Notes: generated by a model not told the origin, from the letters alone. A stretch of DNA of 64,000 nucleotides from an uncultured Candidatus Binatia bacterium (GCA_965242795.1 OZ251505.1:1150173-1214172), one strand, 5' to 3'. Positions 27,967-40,672 are shown, counted from the first letter of the stretch. Translations and numbers: made by a program.

Positions 27967-28559
27967 TCGGGGGTGAGGAACATCTGCGCGCGGCGCTTGC
28001 CCCGGCCGCCTTTGACGACGCTGCGCTGCTCGTCCAGGAACACGGTGACCACGTCGCCCGTGACCCGGTTGACCCCCTCCTGCAGGACGACGTTGCCGCG
28101 CAGCGTGACGGTGCGCTTCCGTTCGTTGAAGACGGCCGTGTTGCTGGTCGCCCGCCGGCCGTTGGACGTGATTTCGACGCCGCCCTCGGCCGTGATGCTC
28201 CTGAGCCGCTGGCGGCTCGACGCGCCGGTCCCGGAGACCGGGGCGTGGTTGGCCGCGCCGTTTTCGTACAGCACGGTCAGCCGGTCGCTCTTGATGCTCA
28301 TGTCGCCCTGGGTGACGAGCACGTCCCCGAGATAGCGGACGCGCTGTTCTTCGTGGAGAAACTCCAGCCCGTTCGAGCGGATGTGGATCGGGTCGTCCCG
28401 GGACGACAGCGAAAACGAATCGGCGAGCGTACCGTTCGACTCCGCGGCGGACGCGGGCGGGTCTTCGGCGGTGGGCGCAGGGGGTTGGCCGAAGGCCGGC
28501 ACGGCCAGCACCAGCGCCGCGGCCGCCACTGTTCCGCGGCCTTCGCGTCCCGGGCGCAT
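27963..28559 (-). CDS. lptA: LPS transport periplasmic protein LptA
   Basis: Signal peptide, OstA-like beta-jellyroll pattern (PIHIRSN...GDVLVTQG...GNVVLQEG) and synteny. Confidence 0.85.
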   Translation of the reverse strand: MRPGREGRGTVAAAALVLAVPAFGQPPAPTAEDPPASAAESNGTLADSFSLSSRDDPIHIRSNGLEFLHEEQRVRYLGDVLVTQGDMSIKSDRLTVLYENGAANHAPVSGTGASSRQRLRSITAEGGVEITSNGRRATSNTAVFNERKRTVTLRGNVVLQEGVNRVTGDVVTVFLDEQRSVVKGGRGKRRAQMFLTPE

Positions 28560-29143
28560 CAGCCGACCTTTCGGGTGACCGTCGTGCGGACGTCCGCGTC
28601 GAGGACCAGCCGTTTGGTGTCCACGGCCACGGAATAGCCGCGGCCCGCGGCCGTGAAGCCCTCGCCGACCACGTTCAACGTGCCGTCCGACACGATGGTG
28701 TTGTCGTGATGGTCGTACACGGCCCGGTTCGTGGTGAACGACACGTCGCCGACCTGCATGCGCAGGTCGCCGTCCAGCTCGATGCGGACCAGGTCCTGGG
28801 TTTCCTCGTGCAGATGGATCGTCCCCTCGCGGCAGTGCAACTCGACGGTCTCGCCGTCCTGGAAGTAGAGCGAGATTTCGGGGGAGTCGATGACCACGGT
28901 ATTGGAGTCGGTCAGATAGCGGGCCTGCCGGGCGGCGATCTCCCAGACTTTCTTGCCGTCCTTCATCTTGATGCGGCGGAACTCGGACATGCGCTGGGTG
29001 ACGGCCCCGTCCGGCCCGGCGATTTCGTCGAGGAGTTGGCGGGTTTCCGCGTCGTGCCGCAGCCGCGCGCCGAGATAGCCGAGCACGACGATGACGACGA
29101 GCACGCTGATGCCCAGCACGAAACGGATCTGATTGCGGCCCAC
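28559..29143 (-). CDS. lptC: LPS export protein LptC
   Basis: N-terminal TM helix, KKVWEIAARQARY, synteny; GTG start after GGGAGG. Confidence 0.8.
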   Translation of the reverse strand: MGRNQIRFVLGISVLVVIVVLGYLGARLRHDAETRQLLDEIAGPDGAVTQRMSEFRRIKMKDGKKVWEIAARQARYLTDSNTVVIDSPEISLYFQDGETVELHCREGTIHLHEETQDLVRIELDGDLRMQVGDVSFTTNRAVYDHHDNTIVSDGTLNVVGEGFTAAGRGYSVAVDTKRLVLDADVRTTVTRKVG

Positions 29144-29304
29144 GCGCGCCTCCCTGAACGACGCAAAACAATCTAACACTTCTCGACCGGACGAACCACA
29201 ATATGCGCAAACGGCGCGGACAGGAAGCGGGGGCGGGGATGGAGAGTGCGCCGATTCCGAAATTCCTGGAAATTACATACGAGAGTTCCCGTGTACGTTA
29301 TGAT

Positions 29305-29525
29305 CCCCTTCGACCTTATCGACACCCTTCGACAAGCTCAGGGAACAATATCGAGGCACCGCAAGCCCAGGGACCTTCCCATCCCCAAGTTCGTCGAGCC
29401 TGCGATGTGTGTCGAGCTTGCGGTGTCCTGAGCTTGTCGAAGGATCGAAACTTCGAAACGAACCCCGATGTCATCTCGACCTTCACACCCTATCCGTGGC
29501 CCTTCGACTCTTCGACAAGCTCGGA
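29305..29525 (+). repeat. Composite ~200-bp family A MITE-like element
   Basis: CCCTTCGACAAGCTCAGG...CCCATCCCCAAGTTCGT.GAGC...TCGAAACGAACCCCGA; homologous blocks at 33125-33275, 35340-35530 (inverted) and 50140-50410. Confidence 0.8.
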
Positions 29526-29625
29526 GTCCAGTCCGTCAGCTCGTCGAAACGGGCGAGGGATCAAGAGTGTAATTCCCGAATTTTTCCCCGCCGGGGAATG
29601 GTCTCCGCGCGTAGGGGCAGGTTAT

Positions 29626-32174
<2,549 letters not shown>

Positions 32175-32256
32175 TCACGCTCCTTGCGCCATAAGCGTTG
32201 CTTCGCTCGGCCTGCCGCAAGTCGTCGAAGTCCTACTAGTCACTAGCCACAAACCA

Positions 32257-32994
32257 CTATCCACCAGCCATCGCCTCCTCCGCCCGCCGCAGATCCTGTG
32301 GGGTATCGACTTCGACCGTCGGCCGCTCCGTATCGGTCACGCAGATCTTGTACCCCCATTCCAGGGCGCGGAGTTGCTCCAGCTTTTCCGCCCGTTCGAG
32401 GGGGGTGGGCGGCAGTTCCGTGAACCGGAGCAGGAAGTCCTTGCGATAGACGTACAGGCCGACGTGACGCTGCCCCAGCACGCCGTCCGCGGCGGGGTCT
32501 CCATCGCGGCGGCACGGCAGCGGGCTGCGCGAAAAATACAGCGCGAATCCGCGCCGGTCGGTGACGACCTTGACCACGTTCGGATTCCGCCACTCCCCTT
32601 CGTCGGAGACCGGCGTCTGGACCGTCGCCATGTCGGCTTCGGGCGACTGCTGCAAGCGTCGCACGGCATCGCCGATCATATCCGGCGGAAAGAACGGCAG
32701 GTCGCCCTGCACGTTTACCACGATGTCCGCGGCGAGCGGTTCGGCCGCCTCGGCCAGCCGGTCCGTACCGGTCGCATGGTCGGGGCTAGTCATGACGGCT
32801 TCGCCCCCGAAGCCCCGCACCGTCCGCACGATGCGGTCGTCGTCCGTAGCGACCAGGATGCGGCTCAACCCCGGCACGCGCCGGGTCTGCTCATAGACGT
32901 GCCGGATCATGGGTTTGCCGCGCAGCCGGGCGAGCGGTTTACCCGGGAAGCGCGTCGAGCCGTAACGGGCGGGGATGATGGCGATAACCGACAC
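32257..32994 (-). CDS. kdsB: CMP-KDO synthetase
   Basis: IIPARYGSTRFPGKPL, TGTDR, NVQGD, EKLEQLRALE; GTG start inferred. Confidence 0.95.
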   Translation of the reverse strand: MSVIAIIPARYGSTRFPGKPLARLRGKPMIRHVYEQTRRVPGLSRILVATDDDRIVRTVRGFGGEAVMTSPDHATGTDRLAEAAEPLAADIVVNVQGDLPFFPPDMIGDAVRRLQQSPEADMATVQTPVSDEGEWRNPNVVKVVTDRRGFALYFSRSPLPCRRDGDPAADGVLGQRHVGLYVYRKDFLLRFTELPPTPLERAEKLEQLRALEWGYKICVTDTERPTVEVDTPQDLRRAEEAMAGG

Positions 32995-33124
32995 GAGGGG
33001 GAACCCTTGCAACCGTGGCAGGCCGGCGGCTGGTCGGGAAGGGACTATACGGCACGGCCCGCACACCGTCAAACCAACGCCTCTGCCGGTAGTACGTCGG
33101 CCTCCTTGTTTCCCTCCCCTTCGC

Positions 33125-33585
33125 CCTTTCGACCCCCTTCGACAAGCTCAGGACAAGGCACCGCAGGTTTAGGGACCCTCCCATCCCCAAGTTCGTTGAG
33201 CTTGTCGAAACGAACCCCGATGACACCTCGGCCTTCGCACCCACTCCTGGCTCCTTGATAAGCTCAAGGCATCGCAGGGGCCTGTCCCTACGCACAGACC
33301 CGCTCCGTCTCCCTCATCAATTCCTCCTTACCCTATTCCGTCGCCTCGTCGGTCCCCTATCCCCCATTCCCGCCCCCTTCCGTCGTTCCCGTGAAAACGG
33401 GAATCCAGGGGAAACATGTCCCTTTCCGGCTCCGCAACGGATGCCGTAGGGGCGACCGGCCGGTCGCCCCTACTCCGAATCCGGGCGGTGAGCCAGCCGA
33501 AGAATGTCGATAGGTAGATAAAGGGAGCCGGGAAGAGGTGAATCAGACGACGACGGGAGGGGCGACGCATGCGTCGCCCCTACGA
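33125..33585. repeat. Repeat cluster (families A, C, D)
   Basis: Family A composite, CGTCGTTCCCGTGAAAACGGGAATCCAG, GTAGGGGCGACCGGCCGGTCGCCCCTAC and GGGGCGACGCATGCGTCGCCCCTAC. Confidence 0.8.
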
Positions 33586-33773
33586 TGACGACCGTCTGTC
33601 AGGGCAGGAACGCCGCGGGGTGGTCCAGTGGTACGTAGATGTTCTGAGCCACATTGACGGTGAAGAATCCACCGAGGGTGTGGAGGAAGCTACGACGGTC
33701 CGAATCTGGGCGTGGCCGCCGCGCTCTGGCGACGAAGACGACCGCGACGCCGTTGGGAGTAGCTGTCGGTCCG

Positions 33774-34265
33774 TCAATCCGTCCCTTCGGATTGTGTTGG
33801 GTGCGAACCGTCCGGTTTCTTCTCTTCGGAGGCGACATCTCCGGCCCCCGAGTCGGATTCGGTCCGATGAACTATTTGTGCGTCATGTTCGATCGGATCG
33901 GGGCCTTCTTCTATGATGTGGAAGATCCTCTCTCGAAGAGGAGCGGTGTCGATGACCCCGGTTTCTTCTACGGTCGTGAAAAATGACTTCACACCCTCAG
34001 TTTGGGTTTCTATCACGTCGGTAATGGTCTCGGAATCTATTTTGCCGATGATCCTCTGGATGGCATCGGAGATCATGAAGCCGACGCTGGCCTTGTTGGG
34101 CACGGCGAGGATCGAGAGGATGGCCGACAAGACCGTATCTTGATACTGCCTGAGTTCGTCGTTACCGAAGATTTGCGGAAGATACCGAAACCCGACGTAA
34201 GCCGAAAGTACTGTTTGGAAAAGGAGAATGCAGGCGAGGGCAAACGTCTCGTCATCCCCGTTCAT
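33774..34265 (-). CDS. Hypothetical protein, probably 5'-truncated
   Basis: Lower-GC ORF whose frame stays open ~70 codons upstream of the ATG without a canonical start. Confidence 0.45.
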   Translation of the reverse strand: MNGDDETFALACILLFQTVLSAYVGFRYLPQIFGNDELRQYQDTVLSAILSILAVPNKASVGFMISDAIQRIIGKIDSETITDVIETQTEGVKSFFTTVEETGVIDTAPLRERIFHIIEEGPDPIEHDAQIVHRTESDSGAGDVASEEKKPDGSHPTQSEGTD

Positions 34266-34496
34266 GTCTAAGGCGTTCGAAAGAGCTTCGAGAAAAGCGA
34301 TGAGGACCCGATGAAGATGCTCTTGGCCACGGCAGCTTTTCTCGATTTTCCTCGCCGCTTCTTCTTTTTCTCGGCTATAGTTTCGATTCCTTTCCTGAAA
34401 AAGACTGCTGAGATCTGCGTCAACACCCGCTGTTCCAAAGGCCCATAACCGTATCTGTCGACCCCCAGGGGGTCCCGGCTACGATTGCCCTACTCC

Positions 34497-35066
34497 CTAA
34501 AACAACTCGTCCTTCCCCCCGGAAAGTTTGATGGCGTGAGTCAGGGCTTTTTGTACTCTTTCCGCATCACCTGGAGATACACGAAGTACGATTTCCCCCT
34601 GCCTCGTAGTCGTACTGGAATTCCGACCTCCAACACTCTTTGATACACACGTCCCGCGAGCGCAAGTTGCTCTAACCCTCAATACGCTAGCGGAATGAGG
34701 AATCCCTACAAAAGGATCCCATAGTAAACTAGTCTCTTGCTCCGTCTTTACTGTAGTTGACAAATCGCTTAATTGAAATGTGTATTCATACCGATCCCCC
34801 GAAAGATGCTTCCCCACCTGCGTAATATAATTAACAGTTCGCCCATTCAATCTGAATATGGTATAGTCATACATAGCGTCGACGGCTTCATTGTTTAGTT
34901 TTGCCTCTATGTATTCAATAGTCTCTGCCAACGATGGTTCCGCAGCAAGAATCGGGGGGAACAAAAAAGGAACGATCAAAACCCAGAATGGGTTCACCAG
35001 ATGCCGTTTCGTCAACTTGGTTGCGTGCTGCTCGACGTTCTCGGTTGCCGGTGTGTCGAGATGCAT
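34497..35066 (-). CDS. Hypothetical exported protein (low GC)
   Basis: 189 aa; AGGAGG RBS; hydrophobic signal-like segment then AEPSLAETIEYIEAKL...AERVQKALTHAIKLSGGKDELF. Confidence 0.7.
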   Translation of the reverse strand: MHLDTPATENVEQHATKLTKRHLVNPFWVLIVPFLFPPILAAEPSLAETIEYIEAKLNNEAVDAMYDYTIFRLNGRTVNYITQVGKHLSGDRYEYTFQLSDLSTTVKTEQETSLLWDPFVGIPHSASVLRVRATCARGTCVSKSVGGRNSSTTTRQGEIVLRVSPGDAERVQKALTHAIKLSGGKDELF

Positions 35067-35220
35067 GGTCCCTCCTATTCGAGATTGCCTTCTTCTTTGA
35101 CCGTGCTCGTGCAGGGTCGCCGAGACCGGTGCCGTAGCCCCTCCACCACCCGATTCGGTATGGAACCTTCTTCCCTATCCTCAGCGGCGAACCTTCTCCC
35201 GCCGGCTCCCCGAGCCCGAT

Positions 35221-35656
35221 CCTACACACCGACCCGCTCCATCTCCCTCATCACTTTTCCCCATATTTTCCATCATTTCCGTGAAAACGGGAATCCAGGG
35301 GAAAATATGCCCCCTTATCCGGTCCCGCAATAGGCGTAGGGGCGAAGGGCGATGTGACATCGGGTTCGTTTCGATGTTTCGATCCTTCGACAAGCTCAGG
35401 ACACCGCAAGCTCAACACATCGCGGGCTCAACGAACTTAGGGATGGGAAGATCTCTGAGCTTGCAGGGCGTTGAGCTTGGTCCCTGAACCCGGTTGGTGA
35501 GCCTGCGGTCCCTGAGCTTGTCGAAGGGAGGAACGGATATAAATAAAAATCGCGGGAAGACAATCTCGAACCGAGACATTCCCGGGTGTTGTGTAGGGGC
35601 AGGCCCCCGTGCCTGCCCTTCCCCGGCTAGGGCAACCACAGGGGGTTGCCCCTACA
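35221..35656. repeat. Repeat cluster (direct repeat of 33286-33450, inverted family A composite, family D doublet)
   Basis: GACCCGCTCC.TCTCCCTCATCA...CCGTGAAAACGGGAATCCAGGGGAAA is shared with 33297-33415; TGTAGGGGCAGGCCCCCGTGCCTGCCC...GGGCAACCACAGGGGGTTGCCCCTACA at 35592-35655. Confidence 0.8.
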
Positions 35657-35755
35657 CTTGACGCCGGGCACAGGTCCCATCCCGCCGAAGTTCCTCCCCG
35701 GCCAACCGGCATGTCCCCGTCCCGCAATCTCTGGCTTGTCGTCAGAATCGCGGCG

Positions 35756-36487
35756 TCAAACTACGCTGCTTCCCTCGGCCCGACCGACGCTGCGGCAGAC
35801 CGGGCGCAGCGGACAGCTTTTACAACGTGGTTTGCGGGCAACGCAGATGGTCGCGCCCACGTCCATGATCGCCTGGTTGAACAGGTGGGCGCGGCCCTTG
35901 GGCGTGACGTGACGGGCGACCTTCCACAGTGCCGCGGGCGTCCGCTGCTCCCGCGGCAGGCCGAACACACGCCGCAGTACGCGCGCGGCGTTGGTGTCGA
36001 GAATGGCCTCGTCCCGGCGGAACGCGAGGCTGGACACCGCGCCCGCGGTATAAGGGCCGATGCCGGGCAGCTTGGCGAGTTCTTCGGCTTTGCGCGGAAA
36101 CTTGCCCCGCCGTTCCTCGACGATGTGACGGCTGGCCTTGTGCAGGTTGCGCGCCCGGGCGTAGTAGCCGAGCCCTTCCCAGGCTTCGCGCACCTGCGGT
36201 TCCTCGGCTTTGGCAAGCTCCTCCGCGGTCGGGTATCGTTTCAAGAATTTGTCGTAGTAGAGCGTGACACGCCGAACCTGCGTCTGTTGCAGCATGACCT
36301 CGGACACCAGAATGGAGTACGGGTCGCGCGTCCGCCGCCAGGGCAGGTCACGGCCATGCCGGCGATACCAGTCGATCAGCCGGCGCTGGACCGCGCGGAC
36401 CGTGGCCGGATGGGCGAAGCGGGGTGCGGGCGCCTCGGACGCTTTCACGCGGGGTCTGGCGGGCGGAGGGTCTTTCCGGCGGGGCAC
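35756..36487 (-). CDS. mutY: A/G-specific adenine glycosylase (short MutY-like, HhH-GPD)
   Basis: RDLPWR, SEVMLQQT, WEGLGYYARARNL, LPGIGPYTA and FeS motif C-x6-C-x2-C-x5-C. Confidence 0.85.
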   Translation of the reverse strand: MPRRKDPPPARPRVKASEAPAPRFAHPATVRAVQRRLIDWYRRHGRDLPWRRTRDPYSILVSEVMLQQTQVRRVTLYYDKFLKRYPTAEELAKAEEPQVREAWEGLGYYARARNLHKASRHIVEERRGKFPRKAEELAKLPGIGPYTAGAVSSLAFRRDEAILDTNAARVLRRVFGLPREQRTPAALWKVARHVTPKGRAHLFNQAIMDVGATICVARKPRCKSCPLRPVCRSVGRAEGSSVV

Positions 36488-36707
36488 GGTGCCGCCCTAT
36501 CTGACAGAAACCGGCGCGCGGGGGAAGGGACCGCTCACCTCCCCCTCTCCCTGGCCCTCTCCCACAAGGGGAGAGGGGATGGAAAGACGATGGAGATGAT
36601 TTCGAACTGATCACTCCCCGCAGCGGCTCGCCTTGACTGAAAATCGGAGAGTCACGTAAGCTACCGGCGCATTTCATACCGGAAGCAGGAACGGCGGGAT
36701 TGTGGTC

Positions 36708-36977
36708 ATGGTGGGGCAGGAAAATCTGGAGAAGATGATTGCCAAGATCCTCCACCGGCACTGCGAGTTCGGCTGGGCCCACTATTACATCCCGAGCGAA
36801 AAATTCCCCAAGCTGGTCGACGAGTTGCTCAAGGTCGTGCAGCCCGCAGACGAGGCGGGCGAGGACGAACTGGTCAGGCTGTTCCTCGATCTGCGCCGCC
36901 ATACCTCCGAGCAGGAACGCGTGGAACGCTTGCTGGCCGACTATCGCGTCCTGCGCCGCGGCGGCGCGACATCCTAG
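36708..36977 (+). CDS. Hypothetical protein
   Basis: 89 aa, host-like codon usage, directly upstream of the ArnT pair. Confidence 0.6.
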   Translation: MVGQENLEKMIAKILHRHCEFGWAHYYIPSEKFPKLVDELLKVVQPADEAGEDELVRLFLDLRRHTSEQERVERLLADYRVLRRGGATS

Positions 36978-37036
36978 GCCGGTTTCCCGCCCGCGGCACG
37001 GACCCCGCGGTGCGGCGTCGTTCGTAGGCGGAATCC

Positions 37037-38839
37037 ATGCGGCGAGTTCCCATGAGCGAGACGCGGCGGACCCGCCTGATCGCCGCCGGGCTGCTGGCGT
37101 TGTGCGTGCTGCTGTACGTTGCCGACCTCGGCCGGATTCCGCTGTACAACTACGAGGAGTCCAAGGAAGCGCTGCTGGTCTGGGAGATGGTGAACGGCGG
37201 CGGCTGGATTCTGCCGCTGCGGAACGGGGTGGAACAGCCGGTCAAGCCGCCGCTGTTCCACTGGCTGGGCGCCCTGGTTGCGCTCGCCGGAGGCGGGCTG
37301 GGCGAGTTCGCGGTGCGCTTCCCTTCCGCGCTGGCTGCGACCGCGGCGGTGCTGGTGACGTTCCTGTTCGGACGCGCGGTCTGGAGCTGGCGCGTCGGAC
37401 TGCTGGCTGCGCTGATGTTGGCGACCTGCCCGGAATGGATGCGCTGGGCGGTCCGCGCGCGCAGCGACATGCTGCTGGTGTTCTTCGTCACCGCGGCGCA
37501 ATTCCTGTTCTTCCGCGTATTCGAGGAACGGGCTACCCGACCGCGCACCCTATATATGCTCTATGCCGCGATCGGCTTGGCGGTGCTGGCCAAGGGACCG
37601 CAGGGCGCGCTGCTGCCAGGTCTGGTCGCGTTGGTCTTTCTGTGGCGCGCGGGAGACCTGGGGCTGTTGAGACACCTGCGGCTCGGGCACGGGGCGGCGA
37701 TCGTCGCCGGTATTGCGCTGTCGTGGTATCTGCCGGCCCTGGTGCAGGGTGGCGGCGAGTTCTTCCAGCGCCAGATTCTGGACGAGAACGTGTTCCGGTT
37801 CTTCTCCTCGGACGCGGGCGGACCGAGCCGCCGTCACAGCCTGTTCTATTACCTGCCGACCGTCTTCGTCGGGACGTTGCCCTGGAGCCTGTTCTTTCCC
37901 GCGGTCGCGGTGTTCGCCTTCCGCAGCACGGCGTCGGACGACCGGCAGCGCTATCTGGTGTGCTGGCTGGCGGTGGAATTCCTCTTCTTCACCCTCGCCT
38001 CGGGCAAGCGCAGCAACTACATCCTGCCCGCGTATCCCGCGTTGGCGTTGTTGGCCGCGTTGTGGTGGCAGGCGGCGGTGGATCGGCTGCCCGCGGTGTC
38101 GCCGCGGGTCAGGCGCGCATGTCGGCGGGGTGCGCTCGGGCTGGGCGGTTGCGCCGGGATAGCGGTCGCGGCCCTGCTGGCGCACGCAACCGGGGTCTTC
38201 GACCTCGCCGCGGCGATTGCGCCGATGCTGCATCCGCGCGACCGTGCCAACCTGCCGCTGATCTCGCAGAACGTGCAGACCATGTTTCCGGCCGTGGCGA
38301 TATTGCTCGGGTTGCTGGCCGTGGGGACAGGCTGGTTCGTCCGCGCGGCGGGGCGCGACGCCTGGCTGCACGCATTTGGCGCGCTCGCGGTTTCGAGTGC
38401 GGCCATCCTATATTTCACGAACGCGATGTTTCATCCGTTGTTGGCCGGTGAGCGGACGTACAAGCCGTTCATGCTCGGCGTGCGTGCGACCGTCCGGGAC
38501 GCGCCGTTGTATTTCTATGGGGACGCATCGGACTACGGCGCCATCTTCTATGCCGACCGCCGCGTCCCGGATCTGCCCGAGCCCGGCCTCCTCGAGCCCG
38601 GTGACGACGGCGTCTATCTCCTGGTGCGCGAGGGGGATTGGCCGCAATTTTCCGAACGTCATCCGCACGCCCGACGGCTGGGAATCAGCCGGGGTAAAGG
38701 CCCGCACAAGCGGCACCGGCTCGTCCTGGCCGCGGCGCTACGTCCGCCGGCGGGGTCGGGCGACGGCACGGCAGCCGTGGCGTCCGACCTGCCGCCTTCC
38801 GGCCCGGTCCGGCAATCCGGCGTGGACGGCGCAATCTAG
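37037..38839 (+). CDS. ArnT/PMT-family (GT-C) glycosyltransferase
   Basis: KPPLFHWL, RFPSAL, LAKGP, FYYLP, KRSNYILP; many TM helices. Confidence 0.9.
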   Translation: MRRVPMSETRRTRLIAAGLLALCVLLYVADLGRIPLYNYEESKEALLVWEMVNGGGWILPLRNGVEQPVKPPLFHWLGALVALAGGGLGEFAVRFPSALAATAAVLVTFLFGRAVWSWRVGLLAALMLATCPEWMRWAVRARSDMLLVFFVTAAQFLFFRVFEERATRPRTLYMLYAAIGLAVLAKGPQGALLPGLVALVFLWRAGDLGLLRHLRLGHGAAIVAGIALSWYLPALVQGGGEFFQRQILDENVFRFFSSDAGGPSRRHSLFYYLPTVFVGTLPWSLFFPAVAVFAFRSTASDDRQRYLVCWLAVEFLFFTLASGKRSNYILPAYPALALLAALWWQAAVDRLPAVSPRVRRACRRGALGLGGCAGIAVAALLAHATGVFDLAAAIAPMLHPRDRANLPLISQNVQTMFPAVAILLGLLAVGTGWFVRAAGRDAWLHAFGALAVSSAAILYFTNAMFHPLLAGERTYKPFMLGVRATVRDAPLYFYGDASDYGAIFYADRRVPDLPEPGLLEPGDDGVYLLVREGDWPQFSERHPHARRLGISRGKGPHKRHRLVLAAALRPPAGSGDGTAAVASDLPPSGPVRQSGVDGAI

Positions 38840-38866
38840 CCGCACCGGCGTTTCACGGGGCTTCTC

Positions 38867-40672
38867 TTGCAATCACACGAACGTATCGCCGGCGTCGGCG
38901 TAGTGCTGTTCTGCGCTCTGCTGTTCGTGTGGGGTCTGGGCGACGTGCCCTTCTACACCAAGGGCCAGCCGCGTGAAGCGACCGTGGTGTGGGAGATGTA
39001 CCACACGGGCGAGTGGGTGCTGCCGCTGCGCAACGGCCACATCATCCCGTCGAAACCGCCGTTGTTCCACTGGCTGGGTGCGCTGGCGTCCATCGCCGCG
39101 GGCCGGCTCGACGAGTTCACGATCCGTCTGCCTTCCGCGCTCTTGGCCCTGCTGGGCGTCTTCCTGACCTATCGCGCCGCGGCCGCGGTGTGGGGCGTCG
39201 AGGCGGGGCTGGTCGCCGGGCTGATTCTGGCGACGAGTTTCGAGTGGGTCCGCGCCGCAACCGGGGCGCGCGTGGACATGACGCTGGCGTTCTTCATGGT
39301 CGCCGCGCTGCTGGCCTTCTGGTCGGGCTACCGCGGCAAGGGCTTCGACTGGCCGCACGTCTTCGGTTTCTTCGGTTTGGCCGGCTTGGCGACCCTGACC
39401 AAAGGCCCGGTGGGCGGCGTGCTGCCCGGACTGGTCGTCGGCGTCTTTCTGCTGGTCAGAAGAGATCTGGGATTCCTGGGCCGCATGCGGCCGTTCAGCG
39501 GCGGCTTGCTGTACCTGTGCGTGGCAGGCTCGTGGTACGCGCTGGCGTTGTGGCAGGGCGGCGAGGCGTTCTTCGAGAAGCAGATCATGAAGGAGAACGT
39601 GCTGCGGTTCGTGGCGAGCGAGTCGGGCGGCGCCGGCCACGTCCACCCCTTCTATTACTTCCTGCCCAACCTGTTCATGGGTATGGCGCCGTGGAGCTTC
39701 TTCTTTCCGCCGCTGGTCTATTTTCTGTATCGGTTCCGCGGACGCTGGGCACGGCAGGAGTTCCTGTTTCCGATCGTGTGGTTCGCAACGGTTCTGGTGT
39801 TCTATTCGGCCTCCGACAGCAAGCGCAGCGTGTACATCCTGCCGCTGTATCCGGCCGCGGCCCTGCTGCTCGGGGCGTGGTGGCAGGCGTTGCGGCAGGG
39901 CGAAATCGCATTGCCGCGCGGCTTCGTCCGGCTCATTCGCACGGCGGGGTACGTCAGCGCCGCCGTCATCGGTCTCGCCATGCTCGGCGTCGCGGCCCAG
40001 GCCGGCGGCCTCGATCCGCTCGGTACGGTCCGACCGTTCCTGCACCCCAAGGATCAGAGCAATCTGCCCTTCTTCACCAGTGTCGTATCCGACCATTCCA
40101 CAGCGTTCGCGAGTTGGTTCCTCGGCGTCGGCGGCGCCATGATCGCCTTGATCCACGGGCTGCGCGTACAGGCGTGGGGCCGTGTATTCGGCGCGCTGGT
40201 GATCTTCACGACGAGTATGTTCCTGCTCGTGAACCACGTCATCCAGCCGACCATCGCCGCGGCGCGCACGTATCGGCCATTCATGGCGCGCGTCGTCGAG
40301 ACGGTCGGCTCGGAACCGCTGTTCTTCTACCGCTGTTTCGACAGCGGCGCGTTGTACTACGCCGACCGGCGCATTCCGTTCTACTCGCCTGCGATCACCC
40401 CGACGGAGCCGTATTACGTCCTAGCCTGGGAACAAGAGTGGGAGCGCCTGCGCCGCCTCGACGAGGAGACCAAGCCAACGGCTGCCCAAGAGAACGGAAC
40501 GAAAACCGATTCCTACGGTGCCTATGAAGCACGCTTGCAACTGCTCGACACCAGTGAAGGGACGGGGCCGAAAGGGCGTAAGCGACTCACGCTGATCGAA
40601 GTCCCGGCCGGCCGAGCCTTGCCGCCCTGGTCGGACGATGAGCAGGGGCGCATCAAGCGGGACGCGATGTGA
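38867..40672 (+). CDS. ArnT/PMT-family (GT-C) glycosyltransferase, paralogue
   Basis: KPPLFHWL, RLPSAL, LTKGP, KRSVYILP; TTG start. Confidence 0.9.
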   Translation: MQSHERIAGVGVVLFCALLFVWGLGDVPFYTKGQPREATVVWEMYHTGEWVLPLRNGHIIPSKPPLFHWLGALASIAAGRLDEFTIRLPSALLALLGVFLTYRAAAAVWGVEAGLVAGLILATSFEWVRAATGARVDMTLAFFMVAALLAFWSGYRGKGFDWPHVFGFFGLAGLATLTKGPVGGVLPGLVVGVFLLVRRDLGFLGRMRPFSGGLLYLCVAGSWYALALWQGGEAFFEKQIMKENVLRFVASESGGAGHVHPFYYFLPNLFMGMAPWSFFFPPLVYFLYRFRGRWARQEFLFPIVWFATVLVFYSASDSKRSVYILPLYPAAALLLGAWWQALRQGEIALPRGFVRLIRTAGYVSAAVIGLAMLGVAAQAGGLDPLGTVRPFLHPKDQSNLPFFTSVVSDHSTAFASWFLGVGGAMIALIHGLRVQAWGRVFGALVIFTTSMFLLVNHVIQPTIAAARTYRPFMARVVETVGSEPLFFYRCFDSGALYYADRRIPFYSPAITPTEPYYVLAWEQEWERLRRLDEETKPTAAQENGTKTDSYGAYEARLQLLDTSEGTGPKGRKRLTLIEVPAGRALPPWSDDEQGRIKRDAM

